Assembly (NCBI GenBank): GCA_965200545.1
Contig: CBDAUJ010000002.1
Location: 1,224,850 to 1,288,849, forward strand
DNA: 64,000 nt
Origin: Arenicellales bacterium
GTDB lineage: Bacteria > Pseudomonadota > Gammaproteobacteria > Arenicellales > JAJDZL01
Direction of reading: 5' to 3'
The position numbers and the translations under genes are program-made. The notes under the pieces were generated by a model. The model was not told the origin of the DNA, made no database searches, and was given only the letters and a program-made list of their open reading frames with translations. Numbering within the stretch: the stretch's first letter is position 1; each line of letters begins with the position of its first letter. Below, piece by piece: positions 1 to 10,757 of this stretch.

Positions 1-185
1 TTCATGTGCTAAGCATCTTGGCGGGTGAAAGCATCAGTGATTTCAAAAGCAGGCAGCAGGTTGGTACAATATATCGCAATGCGCTCGTTTTGACATTGCG
101 GCGAACTGTCGTATGCGGGAGACATGGACTGTCATCAAGCATTTTAATCTCCTGCCCCGTTGCGCCTGATTAGCCTTTTGACTAA

Positions 186-1154
186 ATGAAACCAGACAGC
201 CGACTGACCCTTCGCGTTGCGGATGTCAAGATCGAGACACCGTATATTCGCAAGTTCGTTCTCACGCCCGAACCCGGCATACAGCTGCCTGAATTTGCCG
301 AAGGTTCCCACGTTCGCGTGTTTCTGAAAAACGGACTGATTCGACAATATTCACTGTGCGGGGATCCCTCGGATCGATCGAAATATACGATCGCGGTTTT
401 GCGCCATCCGGACGGCAGCGGCTCTCGCTATATGCACGAAAATCTCAAGCCGGGAGATGCGCTTGAAATTTCATTTCCGCAGAATACGTTTCGACTCTAT
501 GAGGCGGAGCGTTACGTATTCATCGCGGGGGGCATCGGCATCACCCCGATCATTTCGATGGCGATTGTGCTAGAAGAGCTGGAGAAGCCTTACATTCTGC
601 ATTACTGCGCTCGAGACCCTGAGGCAATGGCGTTGCGCAGCGAGGTTGAAAGCCTGGTCCAGCATGGTGACCTGCGATTGCATTTTGACGGTGGAAACCC
701 AAAGAACGGACTGGATGTCCGGGCTGAGCTAAAGCAGTATCAGGCCGGGACACATCTATATTGCAGCGCTCCAGCTGCGATGATGGCGGCCGCAATGGAG
801 GCGACGCGGTACTGGCCGCGCGATACGGTTTATTTTGAACATTTCACAACCCGAATGCTGGCTGTCAAAGATGCTGCTGATGGGGATGGATCCCGTCCGT
901 TTCGCATCAAGATAGCGAGCAGTTCGGAAATTTTTGACGTGGAGCCTTGGGAGACGATCGTCGACGTGCTGCGCGACCAGGGCATTCATATTGATACATT
1001 GTGCGATGAGGGCATCTGCGGCACTTGTGTAATCCGCTATCTTGAAGGCGAGCCGGATCATCGTGATGATATTCTTGATGAAGCCGATCAGAAAGACTAT
1101 GTCGCAGTGTGCTGCGCCCGATCAAAATCTGACCTGCTGGTGCTTGACTTGTAG
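186..1154 (+). CDS. PDR/VanB-type oxidoreductase (flavin/FNR-like domains plus C-terminal plant-type 2Fe-2S ferredoxin domain)
   Basis: 322-aa ORF. It has the RQYSL flavin-binding motif, a GGIGITP nucleotide-binding motif and C-terminal CDEGICGTC...VCC cluster ligands. Confidence 0.8.
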   Translation: MKPDSRLTLRVADVKIETPYIRKFVLTPEPGIQLPEFAEGSHVRVFLKNGLIRQYSLCGDPSDRSKYTIAVLRHPDGSGSRYMHENLKPGDALEISFPQNTFRLYEAERYVFIAGGIGITPIISMAIVLEELEKPYILHYCARDPEAMALRSEVESLVQHGDLRLHFDGGNPKNGLDVRAELKQYQAGTHLYCSAPAAMMAAAMEATRYWPRDTVYFEHFTTRMLAVKDAADGDGSRPFRIKIASSSEIFDVEPWETIVDVLRDQGIHIDTLCDEGICGTCVIRYLEGEPDHRDDILDEADQKDYVAVCCARSKSDLLVLDL

Positions 1155-1448
1155 CCCTCAGGATTGAGCGTACAATCACACGGCAGCAGGAAATCATATT
1201 CTTTGTCACTGTCCCTGTTGCTTTTGGCCTTGGCACAGCCGGCAAGAGGCGCAGAAGCATGTGCATGTCATGCGGTGCGCCCGCAAGTCCGAAGCAATGC
1301 TGATGGAACCCGATTATAGCCCGCCATCCTGACTTGCAAACGGTGCAAATCTAGCTGCAATGAGCGGCTCGAACAAAGTAAAATAGGTGGTCGGACTAAG
1401 ACTTCAATACCCGAGCCTTTTTGGTTCTCGCACCACCGTCCCGGATGA

Positions 1449-2942
1449 GTGATATCGCCCCCTGTTCACACGTGTAGCCAATCACAGTCTCTTGATCGCA
1501 TTGTCACGCAAGAGTGGGGCATTTCCGGTTTTGAACTGATGACCAGAGCCGGGACCGGTGCATTTCGTGAATGCCAGAGAAAGTGGCCCGAAATCCGTGC
1601 TGTAAACGTGCTCTGTGGATCAGGAAATAATGGTGGAGATGGCTATATTTTGGCTTCATCGGCACTGAGCAGAGGTTATTCGGCGAAAGTGTTTTGCGCG
1701 TCTGAGCCAAAGACCGAATCGGCCAGGCAAGCCCGCGATGAATTTGTCGACAGGCGGGGTCAGGTATTTTCGCTGATATCTTTTGACGGCTGCCGGGACA
1801 ATGAGCTGGTTGTGGATGCGCTGTTCGGGTCAGGTCTTTCGCGGGACATTAAGTATCCATACCAGCAAGCGGTTGAGTCGATCAACGCGCAGCGGAGTCC
1901 GGTGCTGGCTCTTGATATGCCGTCCGGTGTCAATGGCGATACCGGCGCAGTGCTCGGCAGCGCAGTGTGTGCCGACCTGACCGTAACTTTCATTTCGGTG
2001 AAAGCGGGATTGCTGATGGGCGCGGGAAAGCAGTTGGCTGGGCAACTGGTTTTGGATCGACTGGGTGTTCCTGATGATGCTTATTTGCAGGTGGATCGCG
2101 CCGCCAGCCAGATCTGCCCGGCGGAACTGACACAGATTGCTCCGCGCCGCAGCACGGATGCGCACAAGTACGATGCCGGCAAGGTGACGATTGTCGGCGG
2201 CGCTGCAACCATGCAGGGAGCAGCGCTGATGGCCGCCAAAGCGGCCTATTGCACCGGTGCAGGCTTGGTTTCGGTCGTGATGCCGACACCTGCCGCCGCG
2301 CAATATGTCGCTTGGCTTCCGGAAGCCAGAATATTTGACGGTACCGATCAAGATACAGCTAAAGCACTCATCAGCCAAAGCAGCGCCGCTGGAATTGGCC
2401 CCGGTATGGGTTTGAGTGACTGGACGCGAGAAATAGTCGAATGGATCGCGCACGAAAAATTGCCGATGGCAGTTGACGCCGACGCGCTGGGGGTGCTGGC
2501 GCAATGCAACTTGCACAGCCCCTGCTGGGTGCTGACACCGCATCATGGTGAGGCGGCGCGGTTGCTCGGCTGCAGTTCGGCTGATGTGCGCAGCGACCGT
2601 CTTGGTGCGGCTCGACAGATCGCTGCGCAATATGGGGGTGTATGCATCCTCAAAGGTGCCGGCAGCGTGGTTTGCGACGGTGAGAATTTGTGGATTTGCG
2701 ATCGCGGCAATGCTGGCATGGCGACGGCAGGTATGGGCGATGTGCTCACTGGCGCCGTAAGCGCGCTGCTGGCCCAAGGACTGGCTCCCGCGGCCGCGGC
2801 CAGAATGGCGGTATGGCTGCACGCATCCGCCGGCGATGACTGTGCTGCACAGTCCGGGGCGGTCGGAATGATCGCAACGAACCTGTTTGCGCCGATGCGA
2901 TTGCGGCTAAACGAACTGATCAACGGTGCGAAAATTGGATAA
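1449..2942 (+). CDS. nnr: Bifunctional NAD(P)H-hydrate repair enzyme (epimerase / ADP-dependent dehydratase)
   Basis: 497-aa ORF with a GTG start. It has the YjeF_N motif GSGNNGGDG and the C-terminal kinase-like motif GMATAGMGDVLTG. It sits immediately upstream of tsaE, as in the E. coli yjeF-yjeE arrangement. Confidence 0.9.
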   Translation: MISPPVHTCSQSQSLDRIVTQEWGISGFELMTRAGTGAFRECQRKWPEIRAVNVLCGSGNNGGDGYILASSALSRGYSAKVFCASEPKTESARQARDEFVDRRGQVFSLISFDGCRDNELVVDALFGSGLSRDIKYPYQQAVESINAQRSPVLALDMPSGVNGDTGAVLGSAVCADLTVTFISVKAGLLMGAGKQLAGQLVLDRLGVPDDAYLQVDRAASQICPAELTQIAPRRSTDAHKYDAGKVTIVGGAATMQGAALMAAKAAYCTGAGLVSVVMPTPAAAQYVAWLPEARIFDGTDQDTAKALISQSSAAGIGPGMGLSDWTREIVEWIAHEKLPMAVDADALGVLAQCNLHSPCWVLTPHHGEAARLLGCSSADVRSDRLGAARQIAAQYGGVCILKGAGSVVCDGENLWICDRGNAGMATAGMGDVLTGAVSALLAQGLAPAAAARMAVWLHASAGDDCAAQSGAVGMIATNLFAPMRLRLNELINGAKIG

Positions 2943-3399
2943 TACTGTGGCAATCAAGCGCAATGTTTTCTGGACACGCACTCGACATGAATCGCTGCAG
3001 CTCGGCGAACTCTGGTCGGCGCTGCTGAGCCCTGGAATATGCATGTATTTTTGCGGCGAGCTGGGCACCGGCAAGACAACCTTGATCCAGGGCGTTACGC
3101 AGGGACTTGGGATTGATGAGCCGGCCTTGAGTCCGACCTTCTCGATCATGGAAACCTATATGGCGCCAAGCGGTATTGAAGTGATGCACCTTGATTTGTA
3201 TCGCATTGAAACCCCCGGTGAGCTGCTGCTTATCGGTCTCGATGAATATCGACGCGATGACTATGTCTGGTTGATTGAGTGGCCGCGGCAAGGCGCGGGT
3301 GTGGTGCCTGATGCGGATTTCAGCATCACCGTAGAGCATGCCGGCGAACAGCGTCAGATCACATTGGAATCCGTCGCTGATTGTGTCCATTCAAAATGA
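2926..3399 (+). CDS. tsaE: tRNA t6A37 biosynthesis ATPase TsaE (YjeE)
   Basis: 157-aa ORF with P-loop GELGTGKTT. Position is syntenic, between nnr and amiB. Confidence 0.9.
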   Translation: MRKLDNTVAIKRNVFWTRTRHESLQLGELWSALLSPGICMYFCGELGTGKTTLIQGVTQGLGIDEPALSPTFSIMETYMAPSGIEVMHLDLYRIETPGELLLIGLDEYRRDDYVWLIEWPRQGAGVVPDADFSITVEHAGEQRQITLESVADCVHSK

Positions 3400-4595
3400 A
3401 AGTTATGAAGCAGTACCACCACAAAATTTGTCTCCCCAGAGCGCATTGGATGCTGATGTTTTTCGTCATCAGTTGCTCGAATGCGTGGGGGGTTGATATC
3501 AGCGGCTTGCGCGCCTGGGACGCGCCCGACCATACTAGAATCGTCTTTGATCTCAGCGACGCGGTTGATTACAAGTTTTCTGAATACACCAATCCGCACA
3601 GGGTTGTAGTAGACATCTACGATGGTAAGTATGCCGAGGAGCTGCCGGCGGCCAGCGACTTGAGCAAGGTGCTCAGAGAAGTTCGTTATGGCAAGCATGA
3701 GGATCATGTGCGATTTGTATTTGAGCCCAAAATTAATGTGCAGTCGAAACATTTCACACTCAAGCCGTCGGGTCCCCATAGCCATCGGCTGGTGGTGGAT
3801 TTGGAGCTGGCGGCGGCTCGCGCAAAGCCAGTGAAGCAAAAGCCGGGAAAGAAAAAAGACATTGTGGTGATGATTGATCCCGGACATGGAGGGGAAGATC
3901 CTGGGGCAATTGGATTTCGAAAAACAAAGGAAAAAGATCTTGTACTGAAGATTTCAAAAAAATTGAAAAACAAGCTTGATGCGCAAAAGGGAATACGGGC
4001 ACTGCTCACCCGCAACGGTGACTATTACATCAAATTGCGAAGGCGCACCGAAATTGCAGAGGAAAAACAGGCGGATATGTTTGTATCCATTCATGCTGAC
4101 GCTTTCACGAAGCGAAGCGCACATGGCATATCCGTTTTTGCACAGTCGGAAAAAGGCGCAACCAGCGAAAGGGCGCGGCGTGTTGCCAACAAAGAAAATT
4201 CGTCAGATTTGATTGGCGGTGAGAATCTGGCGAATAAGCCGGATGACCTGGCTGATGTAATCGTTCATCTGGGGCAGTCCAGACAGATTGATCGCAGCAT
4301 TGATCTTGGAAAAATAATGCTCCAGCGGCTCGATAAAGTCGGAGATTTGCATACGCATAAAGACAAGCATGGTGTTCCCGTGGTCGAGCAAGCCGGGTTT
4401 GTGGTTTTGAAGACTCCGAATAACATTCCCTCACTGCTGGTTGAAGTCGGATTCATTTCCAATCCAACCGAAGAAAGCAGACTGAGAAAAAACGACTATC
4501 AGAAAAGAATTGTCAAAAGCATTGCGGATGCAATCGGGCAATACGTCAAGGAAAATCAATGGCTGCAGACCCAATGGCGCACAGCAAGAAATTGA
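3396..4595 (+). CDS. amiB: N-acetylmuramoyl-L-alanine amidase (AMIN domain plus Amidase_3)
   Basis: The ORF is 3381..4595. I prefer the ATG at 3396, which forms an ATGA overlap with the tsaE stop and yields the signal peptide MKVMKQ...CSNAWG. Motifs IDPGHGGEDPGA and SIHADA are present. Symbol is from synteny before mutL. Confidence 0.85.
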   Translation: MKVMKQYHHKICLPRAHWMLMFFVISCSNAWGVDISGLRAWDAPDHTRIVFDLSDAVDYKFSEYTNPHRVVVDIYDGKYAEELPAASDLSKVLREVRYGKHEDHVRFVFEPKINVQSKHFTLKPSGPHSHRLVVDLELAAARAKPVKQKPGKKKDIVVMIDPGHGGEDPGAIGFRKTKEKDLVLKISKKLKNKLDAQKGIRALLTRNGDYYIKLRRRTEIAEEKQADMFVSIHADAFTKRSAHGISVFAQSEKGATSERARRVANKENSSDLIGGENLANKPDDLADVIVHLGQSRQIDRSIDLGKIMLQRLDKVGDLHTHKDKHGVPVVEQAGFVVLKTPNNIPSLLVEVGFISNPTEESRLRKNDYQKRIVKSIADAIGQYVKENQWLQTQWRTARN

Positions 4596-4639
4596 GGCAG
4601 CTTGAAACCGCTGAGGTTGCCGCAACTGGCGCGCAAGCG

Positions 4640-6418
4640 ATGCATATTCGCCGACTGGATGAGCTTGTCGTCAACAAAATTGCGGCAGGCGAGGTTATTG
4701 AGCGACCTGCATCGGTTCTCAAGGAACTGCTTGAAAACAGCGTGGATGCTTCTGCCCGCAAGATCGATATTGAGATTCTGGCCGCTGGAACTCAGAAAAT
4801 TCAGGTGCGCGATGATGGAACGGGCATTCGCAAAGATGAGATTGAGCTGGCATTGGCACGGCATGCGACTAGCAAAATCAGTTCATTTTCGGAACTCGAA
4901 GGTGTGCAGACCCTTGGTTTTCGCGGCGAGGCTTTGCCGAGCATTGCATCAGTCTCGCGCTTTAGCATTACGACCCGAACGGCACTTGCGGCCACTGGCT
5001 GGAAATTGTCGTGCGCTGGCGGTGCGGAACTCGCCAGTCCGCAGCCGGCACAGCATGCTGTCGGCACAACAATTGAAGTCGAAGACCTGTTTTACAACGT
5101 GCCTGCACGGCGCAAGTTTCTGCGCAGTGCAGCCACCGAAAACTCGCACATTGACAAGCTGATCAAGCGCATCGTACTCAGCCAGCCTGATATCGAAATA
5201 TCAATCACGCACAACGCGCGACGCGGTATGCGCTATCCGCCTGCGAGCGATGATGCGCAATGGCAGTACCGCCTGCAAAAAGTGTTTGGTGAAGCGTTCT
5301 CCGGCAACTGCATTGAGCTTGACTATGCCGGCGAAGACATATCGGTCGCCGGCTGGATCGGTGCCCCTGACTACACCCGTACGCAAACCGACCAGCAGTA
5401 TTTGTTTGTCAATGGTCGGGCGGTTCAGGATCGCAGTGTCATGCATGCGGTCCGTCAGGCCTATATGGATGTTCTGTTCGATCGGACGCGTTATCCGGTC
5501 TGCGCTCTGTTTCTGCAAATCGGTGCGACCCAGGTGGATGTGAACGTCCATCCGAGCAAAACCGAAGTCAGATTCAAAAGTCCGCGCGAGGTCTACAATT
5601 TCGTGAAAAGCGCCACCCGGCGCGCACTGGCGGGTGAGACGCCTAAACAGAGGCTTGCCAGCCATTCTCGCCTGCCTGCAGCCGATGTATCGGAGAGTTC
5701 GTCATCCGATGCTGGCGCCAGTCAGCGCTTCATCAACCTGATGCCAGCGCAGCTGTGGCCAGCAAGTCCTGATCAAGAACAGCCGCGCGCCACTTCGCAG
5801 TCGTCTCAGCCTGCGGAAGAGATCGATATCAACTTTCCGCCGCTTGGGTTTGCGCTGGCGCAGCTCGGCGGCGCCTACATCCTGGCCGAAAATAAGGAAG
5901 GTCTGATTATTGTCGATATGCATGCCGCCCATGAGCGCATCAAGTATCAGCAGCTCAAGGATAAATATCGCGATGCGCACTTGAGTTCGCAGGCACTGAT
6001 TGTTCCTGTTATTGTCAGGGTATCCCCGCAAGAAGCGAATGCCACGCAGGAAAATTCTGCACTGCTAGAGCAGCTTGGGTTTGATGTATCGCTGGCGGGT
6101 GCGGATATTGTTTCGGTCCGATCGGTGCCGGAACTGCTCAAGAATCTTGATGTCAATCAGTTGATTCGAGATATTCTGGCGGATTTGATGGAGCATGGGA
6201 GCACGAGTCAGGTTGAGCATATTCAGGATGCGATTCTGGCGACGATTTCGTGCCACAGTGCGATCCGCGCCAATCAGAAATTAAGCTGCTTGGAGATGAA
6301 TGAGATCTTGCGGCAGATGGAAAGAACCGAGCATTCCGGTTACTGCAGTCATGGCCGCCCCACTTGGAAGCAGCTCACCATGGCAGAACTCGATAAGCTG
6401 TTTTATCGTGGCCGCTGA
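4640..6418 (+). CDS. mutL: DNA mismatch repair protein MutL
   Basis: The ORF opens at 4559, but the ATG at 4640 gives the canonical N-terminus MHIRRLDELVVNKIAAGEVIERPASVLKELLENSVDA (GHKL ATPase). Confidence 0.93.
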   Translation: MHIRRLDELVVNKIAAGEVIERPASVLKELLENSVDASARKIDIEILAAGTQKIQVRDDGTGIRKDEIELALARHATSKISSFSELEGVQTLGFRGEALPSIASVSRFSITTRTALAATGWKLSCAGGAELASPQPAQHAVGTTIEVEDLFYNVPARRKFLRSAATENSHIDKLIKRIVLSQPDIEISITHNARRGMRYPPASDDAQWQYRLQKVFGEAFSGNCIELDYAGEDISVAGWIGAPDYTRTQTDQQYLFVNGRAVQDRSVMHAVRQAYMDVLFDRTRYPVCALFLQIGATQVDVNVHPSKTEVRFKSPREVYNFVKSATRRALAGETPKQRLASHSRLPAADVSESSSSDAGASQRFINLMPAQLWPASPDQEQPRATSQSSQPAEEIDINFPPLGFALAQLGGAYILAENKEGLIIVDMHAAHERIKYQQLKDKYRDAHLSSQALIVPVIVRVSPQEANATQENSALLEQLGFDVSLAGADIVSVRSVPELLKNLDVNQLIRDILADLMEHGSTSQVEHIQDAILATISCHSAIRANQKLSCLEMNEILRQMERTEHSGYCSHGRPTWKQLTMAELDKLFYRGR

Positions 6419-7403
6419 CGGCCGCACGAACCTGCACTTCAACAGCGTGTGCAAGACACCCGTATTTTTCCTTATGGGGCCGACCGCCGCCGGAAAAACA
6501 GCCACCGCACTTGCATTGGCTGCAGAATTTCCGTTTGATATTGTCAGCGTGGATGCCGCACAGGTTTATCGTGGAATGGATATTGGGACAGCGAAACCCG
6601 ATGCACCGACGCTCCAACGGCATCCCCATCGACTGATTGATGTCTGCGATCCGTGGCAGGCGTATTCCGCCGGTCAGTTTCGCACCGATGCTTTGCGGGA
6701 AATTCACGAGATCACCTCACGGGGCAGAGTACCGTTGCTGGTCGGCGGCGCGATGTTTTATTTTCATGCGCTCGAGCATGGATTATCCAGTTTGCCGAGT
6801 GCATCTGAGCGGATCCGAGATGAAATCAAGCAACGTGCACACGCCTCGGACTGGTCACAGCTGCACGCTGAGCTGGCTGTGATTGATCCGCTTGCAGCAG
6901 CCAAAATATCACCCAATGATGCACAGCGAATTCAGCGTTTGCTGGAGCTGAATTATATTGAGAGTCAAACTTCCGCCGATCTGATGAGGCAAAATAAGGC
7001 TGAGCGATTGCTGTTTGATATTGTGAAAATAGCAATCTGCAAACCCACCCGCGAGCAATTGCGGCGACTGATCGCTAAGCGGTTTGAACGAATGCTTGAG
7101 CTAGGACTCTTGGCGGAGGCGGAAAAACTGTATCAGGCGGAGCAATTCAATGCGAGCCTTCCGGCAATGCGATTAGTTGGCTACAAGCAGCTGTGGGAGT
7201 ATTTTGCCGGAAGCATAAGTTATAGCCAGATGAAAGAATCCGCCATTCGTGCTACATCTGCGGTCGCAAAACGTCAATTGACTTGGATTCGGAATTCTGG
7301 CAATGTCATCTGGTCGATCCGCGCGGATGGCGCCGATTTTAGTGCTATCCGAAATCTAGTCCGGGAAGTGCTTGGATCATTGGCGCCGCAAATGCCACGC
7401 TGA
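6408..7403 (+). CDS. miaA: tRNA dimethylallyltransferase MiaA
   Basis: P-loop GPTAAGKT and motif VDAAQVYRGMDIGTAKP. The ORF opens at 6300 inside mutL. A GTG at 6408 (or the ATG at 6474) is a more plausible start, and the start remains uncertain. Confidence 0.9.
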   Translation: MAADGRTNLHFNSVCKTPVFFLMGPTAAGKTATALALAAEFPFDIVSVDAAQVYRGMDIGTAKPDAPTLQRHPHRLIDVCDPWQAYSAGQFRTDALREIHEITSRGRVPLLVGGAMFYFHALEHGLSSLPSASERIRDEIKQRAHASDWSQLHAELAVIDPLAAAKISPNDAQRIQRLLELNYIESQTSADLMRQNKAERLLFDIVKIAICKPTREQLRRLIAKRFERMLELGLLAEAEKLYQAEQFNASLPAMRLVGYKQLWEYFAGSISYSQMKESAIRATSAVAKRQLTWIRNSGNVIWSIRADGADFSAIRNLVREVLGSLAPQMPR

Positions 7404-7747
7404 GCTGGGAAGATTTTCAATGCGAATCAGTAGCCGGAAATTGCCCGATGCGATTATGGCTGAACCTTATTCCTGGAAAAACTGACGGCTTCGCAGCAAT
7501 CGGAAAAATCTTGCCTGTCAAAATTCTTGCTTGCCACAAACAACATTAATGGAAGAAATTGGTCACAATATGGGTTGGCAGTCACTTGCAGGCCAGTTTA
7601 TTGGCGATCAAGCGACTGCGAACATCAATGCACGGATTTGCTCTCTGTGCGGGCCGCTTCTCTCGGTTTTCGCAGCGCAAATTGGCGATGCGTTGATAAT
7701 ATATCATTAGCATGAAAAGCAACCACGATACAGAAATAAACGGACGT

Positions 7748-7981
7748 ATGAAATCACAACAGAATGGCGATCAGCTGCAAGAACCATTTCTGAACGCTTT
7801 GCGCAAACAGAAAATTCCGGTTTCCATCTATTTGACTAACGGTATCAAACTTCAGGGACAAATCGAATCGTTTGACAGATTTGCGTTGCAGTTGAAAGCC
7901 GGTGTCACGCAAATGATTTACAAGCATGCAATCATGACGATTGTCCCGTCAAAGTCTGTTACAGTTGACTACGAACAGTAA
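7748..7981 (+). CDS. hfq: RNA chaperone Hfq
   Basis: Sm motifs [40 protein letters not shown]...[10 protein letters not shown]. The ATG at 7748 gives an N-terminus of typical length. An alternative ATG lies at 7712. Confidence 0.95.
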   Translation: MKSQQNGDQLQEPFLNALRKQKIPVSIYLTNGIKLQGQIESFDRFALQLKAGVTQMIYKHAIMTIVPSKSVTVDYEQ

Positions 7982-8075
7982 CGTGAAAACGGATAGTCGC
8001 CATTGATGAATTGCGCAACTTTCGTTGCAGATGAAAGGACTGACGGGTGCGCTATGCACCTGACCGCGAGGTGAC

Positions 8076-9410
8076 GTGGCAGCTCATCCGTCAGGGCAAG
8101 TAATTTGTGCCACTGAATCGGATCAGGAATCGGCGATCATTGTTCGACAAATTGCCGCAGATTCGATTGACAATGCCGAGCGGCTTGAAGAAATTCAGTT
8201 TCTGATTCAGTCAGCGGGAGCTCAGGTCGTGGGAGTGATCCTGTCAAAGCGGCATCATCCCGACAGTGCAACGTACATCGGTAAAGGCAAAGTCGAGGAA
8301 ATCAGGGAATTGGCGGCCGCAACGCATGCCGATGTTATTGTCGTTGATCATGCGATTTCACCTACTCAGGAGCGAAATCTCGAGCGTCGCGTTCGGTGCC
8401 GTGTGATTGACCGAACACGCTTGATTCTGGATATTTTTTCTTCCAGAGCATCAAGTGCCGAAGGCAAGCTTCAGGTGGAACTGGCACAGCTCAAGCACTG
8501 GTCAACCCGCCTCGTTCGGGGCTGGACTCATCTGGAACGCCAAAAGGGTGGCATTGGCTTGCGCGGACCCGGTGAAACGCAGCTTGAGACGGACAGACGC
8601 ATGATCGGGCGCCGAATCAATACACTGACCAAACGACTCGACAAGATTCAGGTGCAGCGCAATAATCGGCGCGGCAATCGCATGAAGGTGCCGATCGCGA
8701 CTGTGGCTTTGGTCGGCTACACCAACGCGGGCAAGTCGTCGCTGTTCAATCGCTTGTGTGAGACTGAGGTCGAAGCGGCCGACAAACTGTTTTCGACACT
8801 TGATCCAACGATGCGAAGGATTGAATTGCCACACTACGGCCCGATTATTCTATTGGATACAGTTGGTTTCATACGTGATTTGCCGCACAGTTTGATTTCC
8901 GCTTTTCATGCGACACTTGAGGAAGTGGCATTTGCCAGTGCGTTGCTGCATGTTGTCGACATATCAAACGAAAATTTCGAGCAGCGGATCGCTGATGTCG
9001 AAATTGTGCTCACCGAAATCGAAGCATCTGAAATTCCATCCATTTTGGTATTGAATAAAGTCGATCTCATAGACGAGCGACCTTGGTTTGATGCGAACTT
9101 AGGCGGTGACGCAAAACATGTCTGGATTTCTGCGCACACCGGTGAAGGCATCGACTCGCTGCTTGAGACGCTAAGTGGACTCGTTCGTCACGATTATTTA
9201 TTTGGACAAATTCGGCTGCCGGCGTATGCCGGTCGATTGCGTTCCAGGGTCTATGAGAGGATTGGTGTCAGCAACGAAACAGTAACCGATTCAGGAGAAT
9301 CGGTAATGGATTTGGATCTGGCGCAAAAGGATATTGGCTGGCTGGACTCAATCCATGAGTTCAAGGACGATTATTGGCAAGTTCGGCCTAAGCAATCGGT
9401 AGAAACATGA
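8076..9410 (+). CDS. hflX: Ribosome-associated GTPase HflX
   Basis: 444-aa ORF with a GTG start. G motifs GYTNAGKSSLFN, DTVGF and NKVD are present, with the HflX N-domain LQVELAQLKH. Follows hfq. Confidence 0.93.
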   Translation: MAAHPSGQVICATESDQESAIIVRQIAADSIDNAERLEEIQFLIQSAGAQVVGVILSKRHHPDSATYIGKGKVEEIRELAAATHADVIVVDHAISPTQERNLERRVRCRVIDRTRLILDIFSSRASSAEGKLQVELAQLKHWSTRLVRGWTHLERQKGGIGLRGPGETQLETDRRMIGRRINTLTKRLDKIQVQRNNRRGNRMKVPIATVALVGYTNAGKSSLFNRLCETEVEAADKLFSTLDPTMRRIELPHYGPIILLDTVGFIRDLPHSLISAFHATLEEVAFASALLHVVDISNENFEQRIADVEIVLTEIEASEIPSILVLNKVDLIDERPWFDANLGGDAKHVWISAHTGEGIDSLLETLSGLVRHDYLFGQIRLPAYAGRLRSRVYERIGVSNETVTDSGESVMDLDLAQKDIGWLDSIHEFKDDYWQVRPKQSVET

Positions 9411-9569
9411 AATCTCTGTCATTTCGATGTTCCATCATCTGCCAATCAGTTTGTATTCGACGGTCGGAACCGTTTGGTGCTCTAATTCTAAATTCCAGGC
9501 TTTTGGGCAATTTAAACTCAATGAACATTGAAGAGTGTTTCCCCTTTGCCTGCCGTCTCCGGTAAGAAT

Positions 9570-10289
9570 TGATTTGAGGGATTGAGAATTATCGTAAAGG
9601 CCCAGCGAACAGCGTCGTTGTAGACTGTTTTTGGATGACTCAAGATACCGCGAGCAATTTCTTGCTCAATTCCAGATTGATTCAGATTCAGAGCTGTCCT
9701 TCGGGCGGCGGGCGCATCACAAACCTGGGTGCCATATTGTTTGCAGAGAGACTCGCAGACTTCCCGCGACTTAGTCGCAAAGCTGCGCGTGTATCCATTA
9801 CCGAAGTACGGATCGCATGGATACAGTTAAGGAGCGAGTCAGCAAAAAGAGCTATGCAGCTGGATTCGAAGAATTGCTCATCTATATCGATGGTTTACTC
9901 CCGCGAAGTGAAATTATTGGCCAGGCGCTTCGTCAGGAAGCACCGGTGTATCCGAGTCTCGAGATACGAGATCTGGTAGCGAATGCATTGATTCATAAGG
10001 AGTTCCTTATGAATGGTGCTGGCCCGCCAGTAGAAATATTTGAAGACCGCATCAAGGTTGCCAATCCCGGTGCACCCTTGGTTTCCACAGATTGTTTCGT
10101 AGACACGCCGCCACGCTCTCGCAACGAGGAATTAGCCTCTCTCATGCGTCTATCGCCGATCAAAATTCCGCAGATGCTTCGCACACATTGAAAGAGGCTG
10201 TAGAAGACAAAAAGATCGTCATAGAGAATCCGAATGCGGGAACACACAATCGAACCTATCTGCCTTTCTGGGCTGTTCGAGCCCTGTAG
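9570..10289 (+). pseudogene. 5'-truncated, frameshifted remnant of an AlbA_2/HATPase_c_4 (RecG-like) putative transcriptional regulator
   Basis: Family-typical segments are spread over three frames: GGRITNLGAILFAE, IRDLVANALIHKEF, VEIFEDRIKVANPGAPL, PRSRNEELASLMR and the C-terminal YLPFWA. The N-terminal AlbA_2 domain is absent. Confidence 0.65.
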
Positions 10290-10554
10290 AATCAATTGGA
10301 TTTTTCAATCAAATTGTCTCAGCCACTTAAGGGGCCTGAAAATGGATTTCAATCCCTCAGAGCGTCTTATTGCGAATGTTGAATATGTGGCGAGGGTCAC
10401 ATAGCTGTCTCATTGTTAGTCCAGTCGCATTGAGGACTTCACCCCTAAAGCAGAATTATGACACTCGCCCGATTGGGAGACTTTTCTGTTGGAGCATTTT
10501 TTGCCAAACTTCACCGCCGGCGGGAAATCCTGATGAAAATCCCGAATCCGGTAT

Positions 10555-10686
10555 TCAGTGCCGCCTCCCTGCTGCGGACCCCTGGTCAGGCAGATTCTTG
10601 AGACTCGACCCGCCGCGCAGCCGCTCCAGATCCTTGTGTTTATGATAGTCATACCAGAACAGGTCGCATTGACTAGCAGTTTTCAT
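10555..10686 (-). CDS. 43-aa ORF with strong expression signals; possible N-terminal remnant of a HigB-like killer toxin
   Basis: GGAGG (complement of 10693..10697) lies 6 nt upstream of the ATG, and TATAAT (complement of 10729..10734) lies further upstream. The peptide MKTASQCDLFWYDYHKHKDLERLRGGSS resembles the FKHKGLERLF..GS start of PF05015-type toxins. Confidence 0.3.
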   Translation of the reverse strand: MKTASQCDLFWYDYHKHKDLERLRGGSSLKNLPDQGSAAGRRH

Positions 10687-10757
10687 GGATCGCCTCCTTT
10701 TTGTGTGCAGGTTTCGCTAAAGACTTTGATTATACGCCAAGGGGGTAAGATTTATTA

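Noticed and set aside
1830-2822. 330-aa minus-strand ORF
   Set aside because: It is antisense to nnr, the sequence is low-complexity and Arg-rich, and there is no start context. Shadow ORF.
7527-7715. 62-aa ORF upstream of hfq
   Set aside because: It lies in the miaA-hfq intergenic and promoter region, with no RBS or motif.
7982-8075. Weak hairpin (gcaac-tttc-gttgc) after hfq as a possible terminator
   Set aside because: The stem is only 5 bp with no T-tract. Not supportable.
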